Positions 27,342 through 36,845 of a DNA stretch of 64,000 nucleotides are shown here, one piece after another. The stretch is from an uncultured Thermoplasmata archaeon. GTDB taxonomy: Archaea > Thermoplasmatota > Thermoplasmata > UBA10834. The translations under genes and the position numbers were made by a program. The notes below the pieces were generated by a model. The model worked only from the letters and a program-made list of their open reading frames with translations. It had not been told where the DNA came from and did not search any database. Numbering within the stretch: position 1 is the first letter of the stretch; the number at the start of each line of letters is the position of its first letter. The stretch is taken from contig CAZAUI010000005.1 in assembly GCA_964488505.1 (NCBI GenBank), positions 17,954-81,953 on the forward strand, given 5' to 3'.

Positions 27342-28472
27342 TCAGCGAGCTCCTAAGAGGCTATCGTACGCCTCTAGGAGCTCTCTCCTGCTCTTGTCCC
27401 AAGACATGTCCGATGTGAACAGCTCCCGGCCCCGGCGCCCCATCTCGAGCAGTTCCTTCGGGTCCCGTTTCGCCCTCAGGACGGCCTCGCGGAACGCGCT
27501 CCGGTCGTACTCTGTCACGAGCCCCGTCCCCTTGCTCTGTGTCAGCTCGGCGATCCGCAGGCCCTTGGTGGTCACGTAAGGCCTGGCAAGCGCCATGGAG
27601 TTCAGTATCTTGCCGGGCGTGCCGACCACGTTGTTCGGGTTGGACGGGTCCATCATGGCGGTCACGATGTCCGAGGCCGCCGTGAGCCTGAGCGCCTCGT
27701 CCGCGGGGACCGCCCCCAGATACCTGACATGCCCGCCGCCGGACGCCTGCCTGACCTTCTCCTCGAGCGAGCCCTTGCCCGCCACCAGGACGGTCACGCC
27801 GTCCTCGGGCGAGAACGCCTCCAGGAGCTGCTCGACGAACCTGCCGGGCTCGAGGGAGCCGAGGTAGGAGACGACGAACCCGCTCAGGCCGTACCTGTCG
27901 CGCACGGCATTCACATCTGCCTCGCTCATCGGGGATGCGTCAGGGCTGGTCATGACCACCCTGGCTCTCTCGCGCCTCCCCTTGGAGAGATTGTCGGCCA
28001 ACGTGTCGCTGACTGTGATGACTGCATCCGCCCTGCGGACCAGGCACGACTCCAGCATCTGCAGCGGCCGGAACATCGCGCCCACGTCGTCCTTGACCAT
28101 GGCGGCGTACAGCTCGTGCGCGTCGTATAGGACCGGCCTGCTCCTCAGCCTACCTATCAGGAGACCCGCAGGGAGAGTGTCCAGATCATGGCTGTGCACG
28201 ACATCGAAGTCCATGTCCCGCGACTTCTTCAGGGCTGCGAACCAGTACATGGGCAGCCTCGCGAGCATCTTGGCCGCGGACCTGAACGGGCATGCCGGTC
28301 CGACACGGGTTATCGCGACCGCACCGTCGGAGTCGGTGCCCGCCATCCCCGTGTCCCTCGACCATGCCAGTATGGTGACCTTGTGCCCCGCGTCCGCCAG
28401 CGCCTTCGCCTCGATCCGGACCCTAGGGTCGGGCCTGTACGGGTTGGCCAACAGCATCAGGGTCGAAGCCAT
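27342..28472 (-). CDS. Glycosyltransferase, GT-B fold (family 1/4)
   Basis: 376 aa. The N-terminal strand LMLLANPYRPD and the overall GT1/GT4 pattern are present. Last gene of the sugar-modification operon. Confidence 0.8.
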   Translation of the reverse strand: MASTLMLLANPYRPDPRVRIEAKALADAGHKVTILAWSRDTGMAGTDSDGAVAITRVGPACPFRSAAKMLARLPMYWFAALKKSRDMDFDVVHSHDLDTLPAGLLIGRLRSRPVLYDAHELYAAMVKDDVGAMFRPLQMLESCLVRRADAVITVSDTLADNLSKGRRERARVVMTSPDASPMSEADVNAVRDRYGLSGFVVSYLGSLEPGRFVEQLLEAFSPEDGVTVLVAGKGSLEEKVRQASGGGHVRYLGAVPADEALRLTAASDIVTAMMDPSNPNNVVGTPGKILNSMALARPYVTTKGLRIAELTQSKGTGLVTEYDRSAFREAVLRAKRDPKELLEMGRRGRELFTSDMSWDKSRRELLEAYDSLLGAR

Positions 28473-28515
28473 CGCCCTGTGATTCCCACTCAGGGGTAAT
28501 AAAGCATCTGGGCCG

Positions 28516-29475
28516 TCAGAGCCTGACCGACTTGCCCTCTCTCATGGACCTCTTCGCGGCCTCGATGAGTTCGACGGTCTTGACGCCGACCTCGCCGCTG
28601 TTCCTGGTCTCGGTCATCGGGTCCGCGATCGACTTCACGAAGTGGACGAGCTCGTCTCTGATGGTGTTGTTCCTCTCGAGCCCGAGCCTGTAGGTGTAGC
28701 CGCTCTCGTAGACCGTGACCTCCTGGGCGACGGCGTCTATGAGCGCTGAGCGGTTCTCGCCCACGAGCATGATCTGCCTGACCTTCCTGGGCACTAGCCA
28801 GCTTATGTTGGCCATGGCGATTATGCCGTCCTTGAACTTCGAGACGATGTACGCGGTCTCCTCGCCCTCCTTCCGCCTGAAGGGCCCTCCGGCGCACATG
28901 ACCTCCTCGGGCCACTGGCCGAGCAGGTAGTTCTGTATGTCGAACATGTGCGGCGCGAGGTCCCACAGAACATCCCTGTCGGGGAACGCCTTCTCGAGGT
29001 TGACCCAGTTCATCTCCATCAGGAAGAGCTTCCCGAAGAACTTCTCCTCCTCGATGAGCCTCCTGACCTCCGCGAGCGCGTTGTTGAACCTGAATATGTG
29101 CCCCACGGAAAGGGTGAGGTTCTTCGATTTGGCCAGGGCGACCAGCTCGTTGCCCTCCTTGGACGTGAGCGTTATGGGCTTCTCGACGATCACGTGCTTC
29201 CCGGCCTCGAGTGCGTCCTTGCAGGCCGCGAAGTGCGCCTGGTTCGGCGTGCATATCGCGACCGCATGGAGGTCCTTGGCCGCGAGCAACTGCCTGTAGT
29301 CCTTGTATCCCGTCTTCACGCCGTACCTCTCGCTCGCGAACGCGAGGTTCTTCTCGTCCAGGTCGGAGACGCCGATGACGGACACGTTCTCGATCTTGGA
29401 GAACTCGTCCAGTATCTTCTTGCCCCAGTACCCGACGCCTATCACGCCTACGTTGAACTTGGCCATCTGAGTCAC
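28516..29475 (-). CDS. Gfo/Idh/MocA oxidoreductase, WbpB-like UDP-sugar 3-dehydrogenase candidate
   Basis: Rossmann fold FNVGVIGVGYWG with the Gfo/Idh/MocA layout. Placed directly after the aminotransferase gene. Confidence 0.8.
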   Translation of the reverse strand: MTQMAKFNVGVIGVGYWGKKILDEFSKIENVSVIGVSDLDEKNLAFASERYGVKTGYKDYRQLLAAKDLHAVAICTPNQAHFAACKDALEAGKHVIVEKPITLTSKEGNELVALAKSKNLTLSVGHIFRFNNALAEVRRLIEEEKFFGKLFLMEMNWVNLEKAFPDRDVLWDLAPHMFDIQNYLLGQWPEEVMCAGGPFRRKEGEETAYIVSKFKDGIIAMANISWLVPRKVRQIMLVGENRSALIDAVAQEVTVYESGYTYRLGLERNNTIRDELVHFVKSIADPMTETRNSGEVGVKTVELIEAAKRSMREGKSVRL

Positions 29476-29476
29476 C

Positions 29477-30565
29477 TCACCCGTAGAATCCCCTGATGCA
29501 CTCGCCGACGTACTTGACCTGGTCGTCCGTGATGTCCACGAACATCGGGAGCGTCAGGACCTCTTTGCACAACCTCTCTGTGATCGGGAGCATGCCTTCC
29601 TTGAAGCCGTACATGTCGCGGTATACGGGCTGCAGGTGTATCGGTATGTCGTAGTGCACGCCCACGCCGACGCCTTTCGACTCCAGGTGCGCCTTGAGCT
29701 CGTTCCTCTTCTTGGTCAGTATCGCGTACTGGTGATAGACTGGCTCGAAGTCCTTCGAGGGCCTCGGGGGCAGCCTCAGGTCCCCGACTCCTTCGAGCAT
29801 CGAGTCGTACTTCGCCGCCACTGCCCTCCTCTTCTCGTTCCACTGGGGCAGCATCTTGAGCTGCTCGATGCCCACCGCGGCGTTGGCCGAGTTCAGCCTG
29901 GCAGTGGTGCCTATCAGGTCGTGCTCGTACTGGCCCTTCCTCCCGCAGTGCCTGAGCCTCTTGACCAGGTCCGCGAGCCTCGGGTCGTCCGTGGTCACCA
30001 TGCCGCCGTCCCCGCCTACGTGCATGTTCTTGGTCGGGTAGAACGAGAAGCAACCCATGAGCCCGAGCGCCCCTGTCCTCCGGCCCTTGTACTTGGCACC
30101 GTGTGCCTGGCACGCGTCCTCGACGACTATCGCGCCGTGCTTCTCCGCCGCCTCGTTTATCTCATCCATCCTGGCAGGGTGCCCGTACAGGTGCACTGGT
30201 ATGACGGCCTTGGTGCCCTCGTCGAACCTCAGCTTGGCCGGGTCCAGGTTGAAGTCTGCGTCGTCCACGTCGGTGAATACCGGCTCCCCGCCGAACGCGA
30301 CGAACGCGTTCGAGGTCGCGACGAACGACATGGCGGATGTGAGGACCTTGTCCCCCGCCTTGACATCGGCCGCCTGGAGCGCGAGCTGCAAGGCAGCGGT
30401 CCCGGAGCTGAGCGCGACCGCGTGCTTCGTCCCGCACATCCTCGCGAAGGCCTCCTCGAACTTGTTCACGCTCTCGCCGAGCGTGAGCCTCTCGTTCCTG
30501 AGGGCGTTCGCCGCCGCCTGTATCATCTCCTCCGTCATCACGGGCTGTGCCTGTGGTACTTTCAT
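29477..30565 (-). CDS. DegT/DnrJ/EryC1/StrS family PLP aminotransferase (WbpE-like)
   Basis: 362 aa (MKVPQAQPVMTEEMI...) with the PLP-lysine motif CFSFYPTKNM. ATGA overlap with the acetyltransferase gene. Confidence 0.9.
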   Translation of the reverse strand: MKVPQAQPVMTEEMIQAAANALRNERLTLGESVNKFEEAFARMCGTKHAVALSSGTAALQLALQAADVKAGDKVLTSAMSFVATSNAFVAFGGEPVFTDVDDADFNLDPAKLRFDEGTKAVIPVHLYGHPARMDEINEAAEKHGAIVVEDACQAHGAKYKGRRTGALGLMGCFSFYPTKNMHVGGDGGMVTTDDPRLADLVKRLRHCGRKGQYEHDLIGTTARLNSANAAVGIEQLKMLPQWNEKRRAVAAKYDSMLEGVGDLRLPPRPSKDFEPVYHQYAILTKKRNELKAHLESKGVGVGVHYDIPIHLQPVYRDMYGFKEGMLPITERLCKEVLTLPMFVDITDDQVKYVGECIRGFYG

Positions 30566-31062
30566 CTGCCCTTCCTCCTCTCCTTCTTCTGGCTGGACTT
30601 CTTCTTGATCTTGATCCTCTTCGCGGGGCACCCGACGACGACCGCCCCTGCCGGGACGTCCTTGGTGACCACCGCGCCGGCGCCGACGAGCGCCCCCTCG
30701 CCTATTGTGACCCCGCAGACGATGGTCGCGTTCGCCCCTATCGAGGCGCCCTTCTTGACCAGCGTGGGTGTGGATTCCCAGTCCCCGACCGCCTTCGGCC
30801 GCCTGTCGTTCGTGAAGCACACGTGCGGGCCGATGAAGACCTCGTCCTCTATCGTCACGCCGCTGGGTATGAACGCGGAGGCCTCGACCTTGCACCTGTC
30901 GCCTATCGTGACGTCCCGCTGTATCTCGACGTACGCGGCTATCCTGCAGCCCTTGCCTATCCTGCAGCCGTACAGGTTCACGAAGTCTCGGACGATGGTG
31001 CCGTCCCCTATCTCCGCGTCGTCTATCTTGTAGTACTTCGCGAGCAGCTTCACCGCGCACAC
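30562..31062 (-). CDS. Hexapeptide-repeat N-acetyltransferase (WbpD-like) with a Lys/Arg-rich tail
   Basis: 166 aa of left-handed beta-helix repeats (IGDRCKVEASAFI..., IGANATIVCGVTIGEGALVGAGAVV). The tail is KRIKIKKKSSQKKERRKGR. Confidence 0.85.
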   Translation of the reverse strand: MCAVKLLAKYYKIDDAEIGDGTIVRDFVNLYGCRIGKGCRIAAYVEIQRDVTIGDRCKVEASAFIPSGVTIEDEVFIGPHVCFTNDRRPKAVGDWESTPTLVKKGASIGANATIVCGVTIGEGALVGAGAVVTKDVPAGAVVVGCPAKRIKIKKKSSQKKERRKGR

Positions 31063-31153
31063 CCCTCTGGTCCGTCAGAATCCCGAAGAAGCTATAATAG
31101 ATTATGGAACCACAGCGGGCGTGCGTGCTGGAAGTCGTCGCGCAGGGGCCGGT

Positions 31154-32005
31154 TCACGCCTTCTTCCGGACCGGGAGCCCGAGGTCATCCGACAGGTCCG
31201 GCCTGTCCCTGCTGAGCTCGACCGTGGCCCTTATCCAGTCGGCCTTGCTGCCTATGTCGAACCTGCGTCCCTTGAACCTGAGACCGTTGAGCCCTTCCTT
31301 CCTGCACAGGAGCCTCATCGCGTCGGTGAGCTGGTACTCCCCGCCCTTACCCGGGTCTATCCTCTCCAGGTGCCTGAATATCTCGGGCTTGAACACATAT
31401 CTGCCTATGATCGCGAGGTCGGAAGGGGCGTCCTTCGGAGAGGGCTTCTCGACCAGGTCGTCCACCTTGTACAGCTCGTCCCTGACCTTCCTGCCCTTGA
31501 TGACGCCGTACCTCGAGATCTTGGACTTCGGCACCCGCTCGACGCCGACGACCGATGTATCCGTCTCTTCGAACGCCTCCACGAGCTGACCTATGCAGGG
31601 GTGGTCGTTGACCACGATGTCGTCCCCGAGCATGACCGCGAATGGTTCGTCCCCGATGTGCTTCTTGGCGCACAGGACCGCGTGGCCCAGTCCTAGCTGC
31701 TCCTTCTGCCTGATGTAGAATATGTCTGCCATGGACGCTATCCTCTGGACCTCCTCGAGCGCGTCCTTGTTGCCGCTGTCCCTGAGCTTGTGCTCGAGCT
31801 CGTAGGACTTGTCGAAGTGGTCCTCGATGGCCCTCTTGCCCCTGCCCGTGATCATGATTATGTCGGTCATGCCGGACGCGACTGCCTCCTCCACGACGTA
31901 CTGTATCGCGGGCTTGTCTACGACCGGGAGCATCTCCTTGGGCTGAGCCTTCGTCGCGGGCAGGAACCTGATGCCCAGCCCCGCAGCGGGGATGACGACC
32001 TTCAT
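31154..32005 (-). CDS. galU: UTP--glucose-1-phosphate uridylyltransferase
   Basis: MKVVIPAAGLGIRFLPATKAQPKEMLPVVDKP. Trimmed to the ATG at 32005. Confidence 0.9.
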   Translation of the reverse strand: MKVVIPAAGLGIRFLPATKAQPKEMLPVVDKPAIQYVVEEAVASGMTDIIMITGRGKRAIEDHFDKSYELEHKLRDSGNKDALEEVQRIASMADIFYIRQKEQLGLGHAVLCAKKHIGDEPFAVMLGDDIVVNDHPCIGQLVEAFEETDTSVVGVERVPKSKISRYGVIKGRKVRDELYKVDDLVEKPSPKDAPSDLAIIGRYVFKPEIFRHLERIDPGKGGEYQLTDAMRLLCRKEGLNGLRFKGRRFDIGSKADWIRATVELSRDRPDLSDDLGLPVRKKA

Positions 32006-32097
32006 CCTGCGAAAGAAAGGCTGGGGACGACTTAATGCTTTCTTGGCGCGCCCCCTGCCCAAAAGGGTTAATACCGCCACAGCCGGTTCGATGGCCG

Positions 32098-33420
32098 ATG
32101 AGGGTCTGCGTCGTAGGCGCTGGTTATGTAGGTCTCGCGACGGCCGTGATGTTCGGGAAGCTCGGGCACCAGGTCTCCATAGCGGAGGTCGACGCCTCGA
32201 GGGTCAAGTCGGTCAACTCGGGGAAGGCGCCGTTCTATGAGCCGCCACTCGAGCGCGAACTGGCGAAGCTGGTGAAGTCTGGCACCCTGAGGGCCACAGC
32301 CGACACGACCTCGTCCGTCCGGGACTCGAAGTCCGTGTTCATCTGCGTGCAGACGCCCCCGCTCCCGTCCGGCAAGATAGATATCAGACCCGTGAAGAAG
32401 GCCGCCCAGGACGTCGCCAGGGGTCTGAGGGCCTCGTCCGTCTACAAGGTCGTGGTCATGAAGAGCACTGTCGTGCCAGGCACGACAGACTCGGTCGTCA
32501 AGCCGCTGCTTGAGAATGGCTCGGGAAAGACCGCGGGCGTCGATTTCGGACTCTGCATGAACCCCGAATTCCTCCAGGAGGGGAGCGCCCTCAAGGACAG
32601 CATGGAGCCGTCAAGGATAGTGGTCGGCTCGATGGACAAACGCGCAGGCGACCTCCTGATGAAGCTGTACGCGCCTCTCCGGGCTCCGAAGGTCAGGACG
32701 GACCTGCGGACCGCGGAGATGATCAAGTACGCCTCGAACGTGTTCCTCGCGACCAAGATATCCTACGCCAACGAGGTCGCGGACATCTGCGTGAGGCTCG
32801 GGATCGACTCCGAGACCGTTCTGTCCGCCGCTGGGATGGACCCGAGGATAGGTCCGCTGTTCCTGAAACCTGGCCTCGGGTTCGGCGGCAGCTGCCTGCC
32901 GAAGGACGTGAAGGCGTTGAAGGACAGGGCCAGGGAATTGGGCTACTCCTCGAAGCTCCTGTCCGCGCTTCTCGCGATAAACGACCAGCAGCCGCTCGAG
33001 GCGATATGGCTCCTCGAGCGCGAGATAGGCCCCGTCCGGGACAGGCGCGTGGCCGTGCTCGGCCTGGCGTTCAAGGGAGGGGTCGACGACATCAGGGAGA
33101 CCAGGGCCGTCCCGTTGATAACCGAGCTGCTAGCGAGGGGCGCGAGAGTGGTGGCGTTCGACCCGATGGCCATGCCCAGCTTCATCAAGGTCATGCCGAC
33201 GATCGAGTACGCGTCCTCCGCCCAGGGATGCCTCGAGGGCGCGGACGGATGCATCGTCCAGGCGGACTGGAAGGAGTTCAAGGCCCTCGGGAGGAAGGAG
33301 TTCTCCGGCATGAGGTCCCCCGTGGTCGTGGACGGACGGCGGTCCCTCGACCCGGTGAAGGTCAGGCGCGCCGGGGCCAAGTACCTGGGGATAGGGTACG
33401 GCCGGCAAGGGACAGCCTGA
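32098..33420 (+). CDS. UDP-sugar 6-dehydrogenase (UDP-glucose/GDP-mannose dehydrogenase family; WbpA-like candidate)
   Basis: MRVCVVGAGYVGL Rossmann fold and the catalytic Cys motif GFGGSCLPKD. Trimmed to the ATG at 32098. Confidence 0.9.
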   Translation: MRVCVVGAGYVGLATAVMFGKLGHQVSIAEVDASRVKSVNSGKAPFYEPPLERELAKLVKSGTLRATADTTSSVRDSKSVFICVQTPPLPSGKIDIRPVKKAAQDVARGLRASSVYKVVVMKSTVVPGTTDSVVKPLLENGSGKTAGVDFGLCMNPEFLQEGSALKDSMEPSRIVVGSMDKRAGDLLMKLYAPLRAPKVRTDLRTAEMIKYASNVFLATKISYANEVADICVRLGIDSETVLSAAGMDPRIGPLFLKPGLGFGGSCLPKDVKALKDRARELGYSSKLLSALLAINDQQPLEAIWLLEREIGPVRDRRVAVLGLAFKGGVDDIRETRAVPLITELLARGARVVAFDPMAMPSFIKVMPTIEYASSAQGCLEGADGCIVQADWKEFKALGRKEFSGMRSPVVVDGRRSLDPVKVRRAGAKYLGIGYGRQGTA

Positions 33421-33482
33421 CTCCGACGGCCATCTGGAAACCATAATAAGGCCCGAGTCTTTTCCTATGGCGTTGATACGGA

Positions 33483-34295
33483 ATGATGGTCAGCATCGTC
33501 CTGAACCTGCTCAATGAGAAGAGGCACATCAGGGACCTTCTCGACAGCCTCGTCATACAGGAGGCGCCGTTCGAGATAGTCGTGGTGGACGCCGGCAGCA
33601 GGGACGGCACCGTCGAGATCATCAAGTCGTACATGGAGAAGCACGCTAACATCAGGTTCTTCCACCACCCCGGGACCAGGGGTGAGAGCACGAACTTCGG
33701 CATATCCCAGGCGAAGGGCGACGCCGTGGCCACGATAGGCGGCGACTGCATCGCGAACCCGTTCTGGGTGAAGGAGCTGCGCGGGTCGCTCGCGCAGTTC
33801 GACATAGTCGCGGGGAAGACGATCAACATCGGATACCACGCCTTCGAGGACCTCGAGAGGGTCGAGCTGCACCACCGGGGGTTCGACGTGTCCTACCCGA
33901 GCGCGAGCATGGCCTGGCGGAAGGAGGTGCTGGTCGCCGTCGGCGGGTTCGATGAGTGGTTCATCACCGCGGAGGACATCGACCTGAACTTCAGGGCGGT
34001 GTCGAAGGGGTTCACGCTCGGCTACGACCCTGACGCGATCGTGTACCACAGGACCAAGGGGAGCTTCAGGGGATTCTTCAAGCAGGCGTTCTGGAACGGC
34101 TGGGGGAGGAAGCAGCTCACCATGAAGCACGGGAACCTGTGGGGGAGCTACAAACCCCAGAGGCTGTTCGAGACCTCGTGCTCCTTCTGGGCGCTCGCGA
34201 GGCTGTTCGTCGCCGTGCTCGGCTATCTGCTCTGCAAGTTCTTCGACAAGCCGCCCAGGCGGACAGCTGCGGACGGCCCCCGGGTCGGAGGATGA
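33483..34295 (+). CDS. Glycosyltransferase family 2
   Basis: VSIVLNLLNE...IVVVDAGSRDGT... and a DxD-like AEDID, indicating a GT-A fold. Confidence 0.85.
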   Translation: MMVSIVLNLLNEKRHIRDLLDSLVIQEAPFEIVVVDAGSRDGTVEIIKSYMEKHANIRFFHHPGTRGESTNFGISQAKGDAVATIGGDCIANPFWVKELRGSLAQFDIVAGKTINIGYHAFEDLERVELHHRGFDVSYPSASMAWRKEVLVAVGGFDEWFITAEDIDLNFRAVSKGFTLGYDPDAIVYHRTKGSFRGFFKQAFWNGWGRKQLTMKHGNLWGSYKPQRLFETSCSFWALARLFVAVLGYLLCKFFDKPPRRTAADGPRVGG

Positions 34296-34969
34296 CCTTC
34301 TTGCCGAGAGTGTCAGTCGTCATACCGACCATGAACGAGGAGGCGAGCATAGGGCTCGTCATAGACGAGGTGCGGGCCGCCCTCGAGAACGTCATGCCGT
34401 ACGAGATACTGGTCGTCGACACGGACTCGCGCGACAGGACGAGGGAGATCGCGGCCCAGAAGGGCGCGGTCGTCATCCAGGAGCCCAGGCGGGGGTACGG
34501 CCGCGCGTACAAGACCGGGTTCGAGAAGGCCTCCGGGGACATCATAGCCACCTTGGATGCCGACATGACCTACCCTGCGCCCGAGATACCGACGCTCGCG
34601 GCGATGCTCGAGTCGCAAGGCCTGGACTTCATCACGACCGACAGGTTCGCCGACATGGCGAAGGGCGCGATGAGCGCGAAGCACAGGCTGGGCAACAAGG
34701 TCCTGTCCGTCGCTGCCCGGGTGCTCTTCAGGGTGAAGGTCAGGGACTCCCAGAGCGGCATGTGGGTCTTCAGGCGGTCCGTGCTCGGCAACCTGGAACT
34801 CGAGAGCGACGGCATGGCGATGTCCGAGGAGATCAAGATCGAGGCGTTCAAGAAGGCCAGGGCCGTTGAGGTGCCGATCACCTACAGGGTCAGGGTCGGC
34901 GAGGTGAAGCTGCAGAGCTGGAAGGACGGTTTCGGGAACCTCAAGTACCTGTTCAAGAAACGCTTCTAG
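34292..34969 (+). CDS. Glycosyltransferase family 2, dolichyl-phosphate sugar synthase-like
   Basis: VSVVIPTMNEEASIG...LVVDTDSRDRT...TLDADMTYP. Trimmed to the ATG at 34292, which overlaps the upstream stop (ATGA). Confidence 0.85.
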   Translation: MTFLPRVSVVIPTMNEEASIGLVIDEVRAALENVMPYEILVVDTDSRDRTREIAAQKGAVVIQEPRRGYGRAYKTGFEKASGDIIATLDADMTYPAPEIPTLAAMLESQGLDFITTDRFADMAKGAMSAKHRLGNKVLSVAARVLFRVKVRDSQSGMWVFRRSVLGNLELESDGMAMSEEIKIEAFKKARAVEVPITYRVRVGEVKLQSWKDGFGNLKYLFKKRF

Positions 34970-34972
34970 CGC

Positions 34973-36835
34973 TCAGTCCTCGGGCCTGGTCCCGCGGAGG
35001 CGGAAGTACACCAGGACCGCCATCGCGGACATTACCAGGACCGCGACGGGCAGGACGAATTCTGTCCCTGGCGGGTCCTCGTTGCTCCCGAAGTACATGA
35101 TCTCGAGGACGATCTCGGACCCGGTCACGTAGGTCCTGTTCTCCGCGACCGCTTCCCCGCCTCTTCCGAGGACCTCGACCGTGAGAAGGTCGCCGTATCT
35201 GGCCTCGTCCGGGACGGTCACGGTCCCGACGAACTCGTTCCCTGAGAGCGTGAGCGTGACCGGCCCGCTCCTCGTCCTCAGGACGACTTCGACGCCGTCC
35301 GTGACGACGCCATCCCCTGAGACGACCCTCACACGTACCTCGAGGTCGCGGGTGAGAGTGATGTCGAGCGTGTTGTGAGTCGTCACGGTCCCGTCGTCCC
35401 ATGCGCTCGCAGAGACGACTAGCTCCCCCGCGAGCCCCGATATGACGATGTCCGAGCCGTCCGAGTCGATTACGTCGAGCAGCTGCAAGCCCGCGTCGGT
35501 CCGGACGAACACCCATGCGAGATACCGTTCGTGGGGCGATTCCCAGTGGAGCGTCGCCTCGTCGAACTCGTCGTCTCCGTCCGTGTCCTCATATGAGACG
35601 GAGGGCCCCGCTCCCGTCACGGACTGAGGCTCGGCCGACCTCACGGCGGAGGTCGCGTCCCCCCAGCCTACTCCGTGGAAAGACAGGGACATGTAAGCGG
35701 CGCCCAGCTCGTACTCGTTGGGGGCGTAGACCGCGGCGCCGGTGAAGTCCAGCACATCCTCGTAGTCGTCGTCGTACGGGCTCGCGTATCCTTCGTACCG
35801 GTAGACGACTTGTCCGTAGGCCTGCAACGTCTCGAGCGCGAGGAACGACAGGTCGAGCGGGAGGTCGGCTCGCGCTAGATTCGTGAGCGCGTCGCCTGTG
35901 TCGAGGTACCAGTCCACGAAGTCAGAGGTGGCCGTGCCCTCCAGCGCCTGCAGGAGAGTGTCTCTGTAGAGGTCCGCGTAGCCAAGCATGTGCGATGACA
36001 GTTCAGTGAGCCGGTCCGCGAACGTGCCGAACGCCTCCAGGTCGTGGACCGCGATGGCCGCTGACCATGAGCCCAGGAGGAGGGTCATCCGGTGTATCTC
36101 GCATATCTCCGCGCCCCATTCCTCAGGCGAGATCCCCCTGTCCCAGGCGAGGCTGTCCAGGACCAGGTCGTACCTGAAGCCCTGGGCGGGCACCGAGATC
36201 TCGCTGCCGACATACCAGTCCGCGTGTTCCCGCAGCTCGTGCATCGTCTCCACCACGCCCTCGACGCAGGAGTCGGTCACGACGATGTCTATGTCCCTTC
36301 CCAGCTCCTCGGTCGCATCCGCGAGAGCGAGGCCCAGATCCGGGAGCTGGAGCAACGATGTGCCGTCCTGGCAGAGGCCGTACCATCCCCCGCTGTGCCC
36401 CCAGAGCACGAGCGCCAGCCTGTCCGCGGGATAGTTGCGCCAACAGAAGGTCACGAAGTCCGAGAGAGTGTCAGGGGAGGTCATGTCCGCCTCTCCGTCC
36501 GCCGGTATCACCTCGGACGAATCGTCTACTTGCACCGAGACGATGGCCGGGTTGCCCAGGTCGCCTCCGACGACCTCGAGGATCATCGAGTCGTTGACGC
36601 CCAGAGGGTCCACCAGGACCACCACGTTCATCCAGTCTGCCAGCTGGACGGCCTCCATCTCGTTGATGTCCTCCTCCCACGGCAGTTCGGGCACGGAGTC
36701 GGCTGCCATGTACACCATGATTGTCCAGTCCGGCTCGTCGGCCGCGTAGGCGCCGGCCTGAAGAGAGGGAACCATGAGCGAGGCCGCTGCACAGCACAAC
36801 ATGAGAAGCTGCAGGCCCGGGTGTGTTCGCGCCAT
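34973..36835 (-). CDS. Clostripain-like (family C11) cysteine peptidase, secreted with a C-terminal TM anchor
   Basis: Signal peptide MARTHPGLQLLMLCCAAASLMVPSLQAGAYA, then WTIMVYMAADS. The His-Gly dyad candidate is LWGHSGGW and the Cys candidate is VTDSCVEG. C-terminal beta-rich domains are followed by VLPVAVLVMSAMAVLVYF. Trimmed to the ATG at 36835. Confidence 0.75.
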   Translation of the reverse strand: MARTHPGLQLLMLCCAAASLMVPSLQAGAYAADEPDWTIMVYMAADSVPELPWEEDINEMEAVQLADWMNVVVLVDPLGVNDSMILEVVGGDLGNPAIVSVQVDDSSEVIPADGEADMTSPDTLSDFVTFCWRNYPADRLALVLWGHSGGWYGLCQDGTSLLQLPDLGLALADATEELGRDIDIVVTDSCVEGVVETMHELREHADWYVGSEISVPAQGFRYDLVLDSLAWDRGISPEEWGAEICEIHRMTLLLGSWSAAIAVHDLEAFGTFADRLTELSSHMLGYADLYRDTLLQALEGTATSDFVDWYLDTGDALTNLARADLPLDLSFLALETLQAYGQVVYRYEGYASPYDDDYEDVLDFTGAAVYAPNEYELGAAYMSLSFHGVGWGDATSAVRSAEPQSVTGAGPSVSYEDTDGDDEFDEATLHWESPHERYLAWVFVRTDAGLQLLDVIDSDGSDIVISGLAGELVVSASAWDDGTVTTHNTLDITLTRDLEVRVRVVSGDGVVTDGVEVVLRTRSGPVTLTLSGNEFVGTVTVPDEARYGDLLTVEVLGRGGEAVAENRTYVTGSEIVLEIMYFGSNEDPPGTEFVLPVAVLVMSAMAVLVYFRLRGTRPED

Positions 36836-36845
36836 GGCAGAGACC

